Shown here: piece after piece, positions 26,817-36,183 of the stretch | Position numbering within the stretch: the first letter of the stretch is position 1 | How the letters are laid out: each line of letters opens with the position of its first letter | Assembly (NCBI GenBank): GCA_030606865.1 | Contig: JAUWFQ010000001.1 | Coordinates: 1-51,106, forward strand | Direction of reading: 5' to 3' | Origin: a bacterium | GTDB taxonomy: Bacteria > Fidelibacterota > Marinisomatia > Marinisomatales > JAHJCW01 | DNA: 51,106 bases | Notes under the pieces: model-generated | What the model saw: the letters and a program-made list of their open reading frames with translations, nothing else | Databases searched by the model: none | Told to the model about the DNA's origin: nothing | Made by a program: the position numbers and the translations under genes

Positions 26817-27536
26817 ATGAAAACTGTTCCTATTATTTTAATTTTAATAATATCTTTTACTGTACCACTAAGTGCACAATGGACATCCTTCGAATTAGAT
26901 AATATAGAATCTGAGAAATTCCAACAACAAGTAGAACCATTTTTAAAAACAATATCTTTATCTACTAATAGGCATTTTTTTAGCCCGATTACTATTAATA
27001 AACGAATCAATATCGGCATTTCTTACTCTCACGGAATAAATATTACAGGAGAAAAATATTCAACAGATCTTATCGGCGGATATCCAAATTTAGCAGGTAC
27101 TTTAGTTGTTACTCAAAATTTATCACTTAAGGGCAACATGAGCATATTTAAAACTGAGGGTGATATTGTACAATCTTTTGCTTATGGATTTGGATTGAAT
27201 CTCACAAATAAAGAAAAAAACAATTGGCGGTTTTCAGTATTATTTTCAAAATTACAAGGACCGGATGATTTAAAAAATCGTTCCATAGATGCGGCGATTA
27301 TCAATGATTTTGAAATTGGTACTGTTCCGATATTTGCCGGATTGGGGTTAAACACATATAATACAAAGATATTAATTGTAGATTTAGATTCAGTCCCAAA
27401 ATCAATCAAAGGAAACGCTAATCATTTATTATTGGGGATACAGTTGATTAAAGGAAGACTAACTATTATACCAGTCTTGCAGGTAAATTCTGATGTGGTA
27501 ATTCTAAGCATCGAAATATCGGGGATTTTTAAGTAA
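26817..27536 (+). CDS. hypothetical secreted beta-strand-rich protein (possible small outer-membrane beta-barrel)
   Basis: Signal peptide MKTVPIILILIISFTVPLSAQ, then alternating hydrophobic/polar stretches (RINIGISYSHGINITG, FAYGFGLNLTN, WRFSVLFSKLQG, LLLGIQLIKGRLTIIPVLQV). The stop overlaps the dxr ATG (TAATG). Confidence 0.5.
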   Translation: MKTVPIILILIISFTVPLSAQWTSFELDNIESEKFQQQVEPFLKTISLSTNRHFFSPITINKRINIGISYSHGINITGEKYSTDLIGGYPNLAGTLVVTQNLSLKGNMSIFKTEGDIVQSFAYGFGLNLTNKEKNNWRFSVLFSKLQGPDDLKNRSIDAAIINDFEIGTVPIFAGLGLNTYNTKILIVDLDSVPKSIKGNANHLLLGIQLIKGRLTIIPVLQVNSDVVILSIEISGIFK

Positions 27537-28684
27537 TGGCACGCAAATTATCCGTACTTGGCTCAACAGGTTCCATTGGGCAAAATGCCCTTAAGGTCGT
27601 AGATAATTTAAAGGACGATTTTCATGTTATATATCTTACTGCCAATACAAATCATGAGTTGTTGGTTGAACAGGCTTTAAAGTATAAACCGCAGGCAGTA
27701 AATATAATTGATTCATCCTCAGCTAAAATTGTTGAAAACAAATTAAAAAATGAAGATATAGAGGTTTTAATTGGATGCGATGGTTTATTGGAACTTGCAA
27801 AGCGAAATGATATAGATTTAGTGTTGAATGCTCTAGTAGGAACAGCAGGAATGGAGCCAACGCTAATGGCTTTGGAGTCAGGGGTAGATGTTGCTCTTAG
27901 CAATAAAGAAAGTTTAGTTATGGCGGGAAGTCTTGTTAAACAAATTCAAGAAAAAAGTGGAGTGAAAATCTATCCGGTAGATAGTGAGCATTCGGCTATT
28001 TGGCAGTGCTTACAAGGTGAAAATAAGGAAGATATCAATAAAATATTATTAACCGGCAGCGGCGGACCTTTCCGCACACGCGATATTGATACATTTGCAG
28101 ATATCACACCCCAAGAAGCACTTAAGCATCCTAATTGGGATATGGGGAATAAAATAACAATTGATTCAGCCACGATGATGAACAAAGGTCTTGAAATTAT
28201 CGAAACATATTGGTTGTTTAATATTCCTGCCGACGACATTGAGGTTGTGATTCATCCGCAATCAATTATCCATTCTATGATAGAGATGAAAGATGGTTCG
28301 GTAAAAGCTCAACTTGGTGTCCCCGATATGAAAGTTCCGATACAGTATGCTTTAACATATCCCCGTCATATTAAAACCAAGTGGGAAAGATTAGATTTTG
28401 TTAAATTAAAAAAACTGACATTTGAAGCTCCCAATTTTAATAGATTTCCTTGTATTGAATTAGCATATGACAGTCTTCGACAATTAGGAACAACGCCGGC
28501 TGTTTTAAATGTAGCGAATGAATTTTCGGTATATCGTTTTTTGAAAAGCGAAATATTATTCACAGACATCCCTAAAATTGTTAGCGGTGCTTGTGAGAAA
28601 CATGAGTGGATTGAAAATCCTAACCTAAATGATCTACAAAATCTGATTATTTGGGCAAAAGATTTTGTAAAATCATATAATTAA
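27536..28684 (+). CDS. dxr: 1-deoxy-D-xylulose-5-phosphate reductoisomerase
   Basis: LGSTGSIG, NKESLV, DSEHSAIWQC and HPNWDMG motifs are present. Confidence 0.95.
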   Translation: MARKLSVLGSTGSIGQNALKVVDNLKDDFHVIYLTANTNHELLVEQALKYKPQAVNIIDSSSAKIVENKLKNEDIEVLIGCDGLLELAKRNDIDLVLNALVGTAGMEPTLMALESGVDVALSNKESLVMAGSLVKQIQEKSGVKIYPVDSEHSAIWQCLQGENKEDINKILLTGSGGPFRTRDIDTFADITPQEALKHPNWDMGNKITIDSATMMNKGLEIIETYWLFNIPADDIEVVIHPQSIIHSMIEMKDGSVKAQLGVPDMKVPIQYALTYPRHIKTKWERLDFVKLKKLTFEAPNFNRFPCIELAYDSLRQLGTTPAVLNVANEFSVYRFLKSEILFTDIPKIVSGACEKHEWIENPNLNDLQNLIIWAKDFVKSYN

Positions 28685-28707
28685 TGGAACTATTTTAGGA
28701 TAATACA

Positions 28708-29886
28708 TTGATGATGGCATTATTAGCATTTATAATTATAATCGGACCAATCGTGTTTATACATGAACTTGGTCATTATTTAGCAGCACGTTCTGTGGGG
28801 GTGCGAGTAGAGAAGTTTTCGATAGGATTTCCACCAAGAATAATAACCATGACATCGGTTCCCGATGGTTGGGATTTTAAGCTATTCTTTTATCGTAAAG
28901 ATGATGAAGGCAATAGAGTATGGGCACCGGTTTTTGAAAAACACATCTCAAGACCGGGACGTAAAGGTAGTTCTACGGAATACTGTTTTTCGTTGGTTCC
29001 ATTGGGCGGATACGTTAAAATGGCGGGATTAATTGATGAAAGTCTTGATAGTGAGATTGAGCACAAACCTTATGAATTGATGAGTAAACCGCGTTTAGCC
29101 CAAGCGTGGGTGATGAGCGCTGGTGTTATCATGAATGTTATATTGGCGTTAGCAATCTATACGGGCATTTCTTATAAACAGGGTAATCCGATATTTAGTG
29201 AAGAACCTGTTATTGCTCAAATATTAGAAGGACAACCCGCCGAAGCAGCAGGTATGCAAGTAGGTGATAGAATTGTCAAAATTAACGATGAACCGATTGA
29301 AACATGGCGAGAACTGACGGAAATTATTCATTCTATTCCAAATACACCGATCAATTTGCATTTTGAACGTGATGGTATAATCATTGAAAAAGATTTAGTA
29401 ACCTCTTTTCAACCGGCGCTAATAGACGGAAAAATTGATACTTTAGGAGTAATTGGTATTGCCGCAGAGGTTACTTATGAACCAATTAATATTTTTCACG
29501 CTATTGAGGGTGGGTGGCAAGCGACCAAAGGTGTTTTTGGGTTAATCGGTATAACATTAAAGATGTTAGTAACCGGTGCTGCTACTATGAAGGACATTGG
29601 TGGTCCTATATTTATTGCTCAAATGGCAGGAGAAACTGCTAGAGCAGGAATTGGTCCACTCTTATTTTTAATGGCAATGATTAGTATTAATCTTGCTGTC
29701 ATTAATATATTACCAATACCGGGCTTAGATGGCGGACATCTATTGGTAATCGGCATTGAATCAATAATTAGAAGACCGCTAAGCTTGAAAGCAAAAATTG
29801 CGATTCAAAAAGTTGGTATGGCGTTTTTGTTAATTTTAATGATAACTGTTATAGTTAATGATATCAGCAGATTATTTACAAATTGA
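28708..29886 (+). CDS. rseP: RIP site-2 metalloprotease RseP
   Basis: HELGHY zinc motif, a PDZ region (GQPAEAAGMQVGDRIVKIND) and the C-terminal NILPIPGLDGGH motif. The ATG at 28711 is an equally likely start. Confidence 0.9.
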   Translation: MMMALLAFIIIIGPIVFIHELGHYLAARSVGVRVEKFSIGFPPRIITMTSVPDGWDFKLFFYRKDDEGNRVWAPVFEKHISRPGRKGSSTEYCFSLVPLGGYVKMAGLIDESLDSEIEHKPYELMSKPRLAQAWVMSAGVIMNVILALAIYTGISYKQGNPIFSEEPVIAQILEGQPAEAAGMQVGDRIVKINDEPIETWRELTEIIHSIPNTPINLHFERDGIIIEKDLVTSFQPALIDGKIDTLGVIGIAAEVTYEPINIFHAIEGGWQATKGVFGLIGITLKMLVTGAATMKDIGGPIFIAQMAGETARAGIGPLLFLMAMISINLAVINILPIPGLDGGHLLVIGIESIIRRPLSLKAKIAIQKVGMAFLLILMITVIVNDISRLFTN

Positions 29887-30586
29887 TAGTTCTCAACTGT
29901 AATAGCATAGAGCCATATTTTAATTTAATTTGAATTTGTATAGGTAAACGCAGTTCATCATCACTGAACCAAATTTTCATATCGCCTTCATTTTTTAATA
30001 AGGTTTTCCCCGTTCTAAATGGTTTAACGATGATGCATGAAAATTTTCCTGCCAGGGTTTCAATAGTTTCCGTGCCATCCACTATTACTTGAAAATCAGT
30101 TAATTTTTTGTTATCAAAAGTTGTAAAATCTAAAATTTGACCAATCTCTAAAGGAATGGTACGGAAATAATAAAGAAGAGAATAAGGGTCGCGAACGACG
30201 CCATTAATTTTAATCGTGTCCTTGTTTGTGATTGCAATCGAGTTATTATAATCAATTAAAGTGTAATAGTTCTTATGGTAATTACCTTCATTTATTTCCT
30301 TGTTGATTTTTAGTGTGGTTAAGTTTGCTGTGTTTAACCAAATATCAATTTTATCTCGTACACGAAAAATTATGTCAGCAAATTTGCGGGTATTTGCTTG
30401 GAACTTTACATGATAAGATGGAATTCCAGCTATAGTGTCAATTGATTCTACAGATAAATATCCGCGCCCCATTTTAATAATATTGAATTGTAATGTATAA
30501 GTTAGGTGTTCTCCAACTTTAAAAGGTAAATTTTGGCTGTAATTAAATGAAATTAGTAGAGTAAGTATTATTAGGATGCGTTGCAT
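29876..30586 (-). CDS. DUF3108-like secreted protein
   Basis: I trimmed the start to the Met that begins the signal peptide MQRILIILTLLISFNYSQ (ATG at 30586, 1 nt after the tsaC stop). It is beta-rich, with the GEHLTY...MGRGYLSV pattern I associate with DUF3108. The family assignment is from memory. Confidence 0.6.
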   Translation of the reverse strand: MQRILIILTLLISFNYSQNLPFKVGEHLTYTLQFNIIKMGRGYLSVESIDTIAGIPSYHVKFQANTRKFADIIFRVRDKIDIWLNTANLTTLKINKEINEGNYHKNYYTLIDYNNSIAITNKDTIKINGVVRDPYSLLYYFRTIPLEIGQILDFTTFDNKKLTDFQVIVDGTETIETLAGKFSCIIVKPFRTGKTLLKNEGDMKIWFSDDELRLPIQIQIKLKYGSMLLQLRTINL

Positions 30587-30587
30587 A

Positions 30588-31163
30588 TTATTTCCGTAAT
30601 ATAATGATATTATTATCTTTAAGCTGATAAATTGTTGAACCTTTAGATTCCGGTAATGTTCCGGCATCTATTAATAGATTGACTTCGGAACTGAACAGGG
30701 ATGCAATTTGAACAGGGTCATTCATTGGTTGTTCACCTGTGCGGTTGACACTTGTAGAAATTATTGGTTTGCTAAATTGGAATGACAGCTCATTACAAAA
30801 ATTATTCTTTGGGATACGAATCCCCAATGTATGGTTCTCACCTAAAATTTTTGAACTAACAATATTATCTTTTACCGGAATAATTAGGGTCTGTGCTCCG
30901 CCAAGATATGGTTTAACAATTTCTATTTGTTTGCTGCTGATATCCATCCAATGTATTGCCATTTGAGTATTAGCTGTCATCACGCTCACTGGTCCTGAGC
31001 GTCCTTTAATACGATATATTTTCTCAATCGCCTCATCGCTAGTTGCGTCTGCTCCAAAGCCATATAATGTATCAGTTGGATATATTATTACACCTCCTTC
31101 CGCTAAAATGTTTACGGCATATTTGACCACTTTCGGATGATCAATGTATATACGTTTAATCAT
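30588..31163 (-). CDS. tsaC: L-threonylcarbamoyladenylate synthase (YrdC/TsaC family)
   Basis: The IYPTDTLYGFGADA motif is present. I trimmed the start to MIKRIYIDHP (ATG 31163), which overlaps the upstream gene by only 8 nt. Confidence 0.85.
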   Translation of the reverse strand: MIKRIYIDHPKVVKYAVNILAEGGVIIYPTDTLYGFGADATSDEAIEKIYRIKGRSGPVSVMTANTQMAIHWMDISSKQIEIVKPYLGGAQTLIIPVKDNIVSSKILGENHTLGIRIPKNNFCNELSFQFSKPIISTSVNRTGEQPMNDPVQIASLFSSEVNLLIDAGTLPESKGSTIYQLKDNNIIILRK

Positions 31164-32028
31164 TATTTTTTGTACTAGGTTTCGTTTTCCACCGCCGATG
31201 GAACCAAAAATATTGTTCGGGGTATCGGCGAACATATTCTTCCAATAAAGAAGTATACGATTGCGTAATTGATTCAATTGTGGCGTCAGATGCTATTTTT
31301 AATGGGTGAAATTCAATTGTATAGTCATTAGGTTTGTTTTGATAACATATTGTAAAAATTATCGGTGCTCCATTTTCAAGATGAAATCGTGCAGCACCTT
31401 TGGGAGTTGAAGTCTTCCGATTGAAATAACTAACAAATACACCACGTTTACGTGCGTCTTGATCACTTACAAGCGCAAGAATTTCACCATGTTCAAGAAC
31501 GTTATACATATTATCTAAAGATGATTTACGGTATATATGTTTCATACCAAAACGACTACGCAATTCTATAAAAAAATTATTACTGCCACGATTTTTTTGT
31601 TTCACAGCTACTGCCGAAACAGGGTATTTATTGTAGCCCAGCCATGCACCAAGAATTTCCCATGCCCCAAAATGACCGGAAACAAAAATAATACCTTTTC
31701 CTTCCGAGAGAATGTCGTTTAATAAATTCTGTCCTTTGATTGTTATTGTACTTTTAAAAAAGGATTTAGGAAATGCAAAAAACTGAACAAAATTATTAAT
31801 GAAAAACTTATAACTGCTTTTAGCTGTTTTTAAATACCAGGCAGATGATTTATCCTGAAACGCTAAATTAAGATTTTTGAATACTTGCTTTTTTCGTATT
31901 GGGACTAAATAGTATAAAATCATATATAAAATATTGGACAATAGGTTCCTGATCCATTGTGGAGAAATTCTTAAACAGACAGACAGAATTTTTAAAAATA
32001 GATATGTTATCTTATGTGATAGTTTCAT
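31156..32028 (-). CDS. lysophospholipid/lipid A biosynthesis (LpxL/HtrB-family) acyltransferase
   Basis: 290 aa with an N-terminal TM anchor, the SGHFGAWE (HX4E) catalytic motif and the DQDARKRGVFVSYF block typical of the Kdo2-lipid IVA acyltransferase family. Confidence 0.8.
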   Translation of the reverse strand: MKLSHKITYLFLKILSVCLRISPQWIRNLLSNILYMILYYLVPIRKKQVFKNLNLAFQDKSSAWYLKTAKSSYKFFINNFVQFFAFPKSFFKSTITIKGQNLLNDILSEGKGIIFVSGHFGAWEILGAWLGYNKYPVSAVAVKQKNRGSNNFFIELRSRFGMKHIYRKSSLDNMYNVLEHGEILALVSDQDARKRGVFVSYFNRKTSTPKGAARFHLENGAPIIFTICYQNKPNDYTIEFHPLKIASDATIESITQSYTSLLEEYVRRYPEQYFWFHRRWKTKPSTKNND

Positions 32029-32106
32029 ATAGGGGCAGAATTTATTTCAAGCCAAGAAGGTGAACAAGTCAATTTTATTTATTATTCATACTGACTTCTA
32101 TTCTAA

Positions 32107-33126
32107 ATGAATTCGATTATGTTTAAATTTCAAAACATTTTTGAGGAAATTATGAAAGTTATATCATCTGGAATCGGCGAACTAATTCAACAGCCCGAGA
32201 TTAACGCCTTTCGTGAATGGAACCGCACACAAAAGCCGAAAGCGTTAATTGATAAAAGGATGTCTGAGAAAGAAGCAGTTTCACAATATTTAAAAGACGG
32301 ACATTACATTGGTATTGAACTTTATGGTACCGTCCGCGCACCGATGTCTTTAGTGCGGGAAATCATTCGACAGGGATTTAAAAATTTAAATTGCGCAGGG
32401 CAGGGAGTTTACGAATCTGATTTATTAGCAGCGGCAAATGTTATTAGAAAATTAGATTGGACATACATTGGATTCGAAGTATACGGATTATCTAATTCGG
32501 CGCGCAGGGCTGTCGAGAGTGGTTTTATAGAAAAAGTAGTTGAATGGTCAAACGCTGCATTGTCTTGGAGATTTAAAGCCGCTGCAATGGGTGTTCCCTT
32601 TATTCCAACGCGCGTGATGTTAGGGACTGATACGTATAAATATAGCGCAGCTAAAACAGTTGAATGTCCATTTACCGGAGAGAAAATTTGTTTACTTCCA
32701 GCATTGATACTTGATGTTGGTTTTATACACGTTCATCGAGCAGATAAATATGGTAATTGCCAAATAGATGGAATCTCAGGATTTGCTGCTGAAATGGCAC
32801 GTGCTTCAAAGCGATTAATAATTTCTGCGGAAGAAATAGTAGACACGGATGTTATTCGCTCTCAACCTGACCGCACAATTATTCCTTATTATTATGTCGA
32901 TGCGGTTGTGGAAGCGCCTTTTGGTTCACATCCCGGTGAAATGTCCGGTTTGTATGAACGTGATGAAGAGCATATTAAAAATTATGCTAATGACAGTAAA
33001 GATGAATTGTTAGTAAAAGATTACTTAAATAAGTGGATTTACAACACAAAGAACCACAAGGATTATCTTGATTTAGTTGGCAAAACTCGACTCAAGAATC
33101 TACGGATTGAAAGGGATAAGTCATGA
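32107..33126 (+). CDS. family I CoA-transferase subunit A (glutaconate/3-oxoacid CoA-transferase-like)
   Basis: 339 aa with KDGHYIGIELYG and later blocks typical of AtoD/GctA-like subunits. It overlaps the B subunit by 4 nt. Confidence 0.75.
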   Translation: MNSIMFKFQNIFEEIMKVISSGIGELIQQPEINAFREWNRTQKPKALIDKRMSEKEAVSQYLKDGHYIGIELYGTVRAPMSLVREIIRQGFKNLNCAGQGVYESDLLAAANVIRKLDWTYIGFEVYGLSNSARRAVESGFIEKVVEWSNAALSWRFKAAAMGVPFIPTRVMLGTDTYKYSAAKTVECPFTGEKICLLPALILDVGFIHVHRADKYGNCQIDGISGFAAEMARASKRLIISAEEIVDTDVIRSQPDRTIIPYYYVDAVVEAPFGSHPGEMSGLYERDEEHIKNYANDSKDELLVKDYLNKWIYNTKNHKDYLDLVGKTRLKNLRIERDKS

Positions 33127-33893
33127 GTGATAATAAGTACAATCCAAATGAATTATTAATATGTATTGCTTCAAGGTTGATGGAAGACAATGCGACCTGC
33201 TTTATTGGAACCGGAATACCGATGTTAGCAGCATCGCTTGCGCAAAAAATGCATGCTCCAAATTTGATATCAATATTTGAATTTGGCGGAATTGGAGCAC
33301 AACTCGACAAACTTCCTTTGGCAGTTGGCGATATGCGGACTTTTAACAAAGGACTAGTCGCTGCCGGTATTTGTGATATCATGGAAGCCGGGCAATGCGG
33401 TTTTGTTGAATACGGATTTTTAGGTGGCGCTCAGATTGATATATACGGTAATCTTAACTCTACGATAATTGGAGATGATCATGATAAACCAAAAGTTCGT
33501 CTTCCTGGTTCTGGTGGCGGAAACGATGTTGGTTCAACTTGTTGGAAGACGATAATTATAATGCAACATGGCAAACGCAGATTCATGCCTAAAATTGATT
33601 TCATCACTACACCGGGTTATTTATCGGGTCCGGGCACCCGGGAAGAAGCAGGTTTGCCACCAAACACAGGTCCTTATCGTGTCGTTACAGATTTATGTAC
33701 ATTGGGTTTTGATGAAACGTCTAAACGCATGAAACTATTAGCATTAAATCCAGGTATAAATATGAATGATGTAGTAGAGAACACCGGGTTTGAATTAATT
33801 ATTCCTGACAAAATTGAGCAAAATGATGTACCAAGTACTGAAGAATTGCGAATTCTGCGGGAAGAAGTAGATCAAGACAAATATTACATTTAG
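33123..33893 (+). CDS. family I CoA-transferase subunit B
   Basis: 256 aa. The FEFGGIG segment sits where the catalytic-Glu (S-E-N-G-like) motif is found, and GSGGGNDV lies downstream. Confidence 0.75.
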   Translation: MSDNKYNPNELLICIASRLMEDNATCFIGTGIPMLAASLAQKMHAPNLISIFEFGGIGAQLDKLPLAVGDMRTFNKGLVAAGICDIMEAGQCGFVEYGFLGGAQIDIYGNLNSTIIGDDHDKPKVRLPGSGGGNDVGSTCWKTIIIMQHGKRRFMPKIDFITTPGYLSGPGTREEAGLPPNTGPYRVVTDLCTLGFDETSKRMKLLALNPGINMNDVVENTGFELIIPDKIEQNDVPSTEELRILREEVDQDKYYI

Positions 33894-33985
33894 GAATCAT
33901 TGGTCAGGGATAAGGGATCAGAAATCAGGAATCAAAGATAAAAGAAAATGCGTATAAGTATTAGATTATTTATAAATATTTTTAT

Positions 33986-34060
33986 GTAATTTGTACAATT
34001 CGTGGTTAAATATAAAATAGATCTATAAAATCGGTGTAATTTGCGTAAACTGTGGTTAAT
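33986..34060 (+). promoter_or_regulatory. two 25-nt direct repeats (GTAATTTG-N8-GTGGTTAA) 50 bp apart upstream of the LiaF-like gene
   Basis: 33986-34010 reads GTAATTTGTACAATTCGTGGTTAAA and 34036-34060 reads GTAATTTGCGTAAACTGTGGTTAAT. By hand alignment 18 of 25 positions are identical, including the 8-nt blocks at both ends. The second copy ends 17 nt before the ATG. Confidence 0.35.
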
Positions 34061-34076
34061 TAAATTGGAGTGAAAA

Positions 34077-34760
34077 ATGACACAGCATAAACATAGTCAA
34101 AACAGTTGGGTGGGATTTGTTCTAATTTTGGTTGGAGTTTTATTTCTACTCGACACATTTACAACAATGAATTTTGGTGGAGTAATATCGGATTGGTGGC
34201 CGGCAATATTTATAATAATTGGATTAATAAAATTACAAGGTCATGATCGGGGTGCCGGACTTATTTTTATCCTGATTGGTGCATTATTTTTATTAACTAC
34301 ACATAATATTATTGGATGGGGTAGCATTTGGCGCTTATGGCCATTAGTATTAATAATCATTGGACTTTCAATGGTCTTTAAAGGGCGCCGTTCGAACTGG
34401 AAATTGACCAATGAATCGACAATCGGAAACAATTTTATACACTCCAATGCTGTATTTGGTGGTGCTGAACATACCATAACATCGCAGAACTTTAAAGGCG
34501 GTGAAACGATGGCATTATTTGGTGGTGTCGAGCTTGATCTGCGTCAAGCCAAAATATCTCCGGATGGTTGTAAAATTCATGCAACCGCACTGTTTGGTGG
34601 TGTGGAAATGATAGTCCCGGATGATTGGAATATAGTTTTAACCGGAACACCGATATTTGGCGGTATAGAAAGCAAATCACGTAGTACGGCAGATGCTAAA
34701 ACAGGGAAAAATGTTTACATCCATTGTACGGTTGCATTTGGCGGTGTGGAGATTAAATAA
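34077..34760 (+). CDS. LiaF-like (cell wall-active antibiotic response, DUF2154-type) membrane protein
   Basis: Four N-terminal TM helices, then five repeats of the xxFGG(V/A/I)E motif (AVFGGAEH, ALFGGVEL, ALFGGVEM, PIFGGIES, VAFGGVEI), characteristic of the LiaF C-terminal domain. Confidence 0.65.
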   Translation: MTQHKHSQNSWVGFVLILVGVLFLLDTFTTMNFGGVISDWWPAIFIIIGLIKLQGHDRGAGLIFILIGALFLLTTHNIIGWGSIWRLWPLVLIIIGLSMVFKGRRSNWKLTNESTIGNNFIHSNAVFGGAEHTITSQNFKGGETMALFGGVELDLRQAKISPDGCKIHATALFGGVEMIVPDDWNIVLTGTPIFGGIESKSRSTADAKTGKNVYIHCTVAFGGVEIK

Positions 34761-34810
34761 ACATATTATGTTTCATTGTTTATTAAAGGGTTTACAGGTA
34801 AAATTATAAT

Positions 34811-36166
34811 ATGAAGAAGTCAATTATATCGCAAATTATATTATTATCATTATTATTCGCCGCTCCCGATTCTCTTGTCTATCGCGTACCGATTGAGGGC
34901 ACGATTGATTTAGGTTTACCGCCATTTATTGAACGATCGCTAAAAGCTGCGGCAGAGGAAGGTGCTATCGCCGTAATATTCGATATTGATACTTTGGGTG
35001 GACGCGTTGATGCTGCCACGCAAATTAAAGATGCAATTTTAGATTCGCCGATCTTGACGGTAGCATTTATTAATCGGCGGGCGATATCCGCGGGTGCCTT
35101 GATATCGCTTTCTTGCGATAAAATTTATATGACAAGAGGCGCTACGATTGGGGCAGCAACTGCCGTAGATATGCAGGGGCAAAAAGGCAGTGAAAAGGTA
35201 ATTTCATATATGCGCGAAGAAATGGCTTCCACAGCAGAAAGCACGGGACGGAATGTTGAAATTGCTAAGGGAATGGTGGATGAGGAATTGAGTTTCACAC
35301 ATTTAGTCGTGAACGGCGATTCGGTGGAAGTGTTGGATTTGGAGGGTCGAAAAGAGGGCAAGCTAATTACCTTAACTACCGAACTTGCTAAAAAATATAA
35401 AATCGCCGATGGCGATGCAGAAACGTTTGACAAATTACTGGCGGAATTAGGCTTAGAGGGTGCTATAGTGAAATCGACCAAAGCCAATTGGTCGGAAACA
35501 ATCGTGCGATTTTTAACTAATCCGGTAGTTGCATCGTTGTTGATGACATTTGGTTTTTTAGGTATTTTATTCGAGTTGCAACAGCCCGGTTGGGGCGTTT
35601 CGGGTACAATTGGAGCAGTTTGTTTGGCGTTAGCTCTTGGGGCAGGTTATATTGCTGAACTTGCATCAGCTACCGATTTCCTAATAATTTTTGTTGGTCT
35701 ATTACTTTTGCTAATCGAAATGATCGTGATACCAGGTTTCGGTTTAGCCGGTATCGGCGGAATAATTTTAGTTGTATTTGGTTTATATCGACTGTTATTA
35801 CCGGATATTCCGGTTGGAGAGGAGGTTACAGACATGGCAATGTTTGGTTTAACAATTGGAATTGTTGGCGGATTGGTCGGAATGATATTGCTATTCAAAT
35901 TAATGACAAAGACTAAATTTTGGAAAAAATTAGCCACACCTGACGTGCAAGACCACGAACGTGGTTATGATACATCACTGGGATTGGAAGATATGATAGG
36001 ACAAGAAGGTGTAACGGAATCGGACTTGCATCCTTCCGGATGGGTAACACTTGGTGATAAAAGAATTTTTGTTGTTAGCGAAGGCACTTTTATTGAGGAT
36101 GGTGAAAAAGTAAAAATAATCAAAGTTGACGGCAATAGAGTTGTCGTAAGAAAAATTAAAAAATAG
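34811..36166 (+). CDS. nfeD: NfeD-family membrane-bound ClpP-class serine protease (YqeZ-like)
   Basis: Signal peptide, a ClpP/SppA-like domain (IDTLGGRVDAA...AISAGALISLSCD), a central TM block and a C-terminal OB-like domain (GWVTLGDKRIFVVSEG). Confidence 0.85.
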   Translation: MKKSIISQIILLSLLFAAPDSLVYRVPIEGTIDLGLPPFIERSLKAAAEEGAIAVIFDIDTLGGRVDAATQIKDAILDSPILTVAFINRRAISAGALISLSCDKIYMTRGATIGAATAVDMQGQKGSEKVISYMREEMASTAESTGRNVEIAKGMVDEELSFTHLVVNGDSVEVLDLEGRKEGKLITLTTELAKKYKIADGDAETFDKLLAELGLEGAIVKSTKANWSETIVRFLTNPVVASLLMTFGFLGILFELQQPGWGVSGTIGAVCLALALGAGYIAELASATDFLIIFVGLLLLLIEMIVIPGFGLAGIGGIILVVFGLYRLLLPDIPVGEEVTDMAMFGLTIGIVGGLVGMILLFKLMTKTKFWKKLATPDVQDHERGYDTSLGLEDMIGQEGVTESDLHPSGWVTLGDKRIFVVSEGTFIEDGEKVKIIKVDGNRVVVRKIKK

Positions 36167-36183
36167 AGTTTTAGGAGGATAAA

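Noticed and set aside
29876-29886. 11-nt 3'-end overlap of convergent rseP and the DUF3108-like gene
   Set aside because: The overlap is real in the sequence, but short convergent overlaps are common in compact genomes. No hairpin or other signal is associated with it.
33894-33945. Run of short GGAT/ATCAG-like repeats after the CoA-transferase genes (GGTCAGGGATAAGGGATCAGAAATCAGGAATCAAAG)
   Set aside because: These are irregular 5-7-mers without a fixed period or hairpin potential, and they look like low-complexity purine-rich spacer. It is not a CRISPR array, terminator or clear binding array.
35125-35937. Minus-strand ORFs 35125-35487 (120 aa) and 35647-35937 (96 aa) antisense to nfeD
   Set aside because: These are shadow frames of a confidently called gene. 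The products are Ser/Pro/Thr/Ile-rich low-complexity strings with no motifs.
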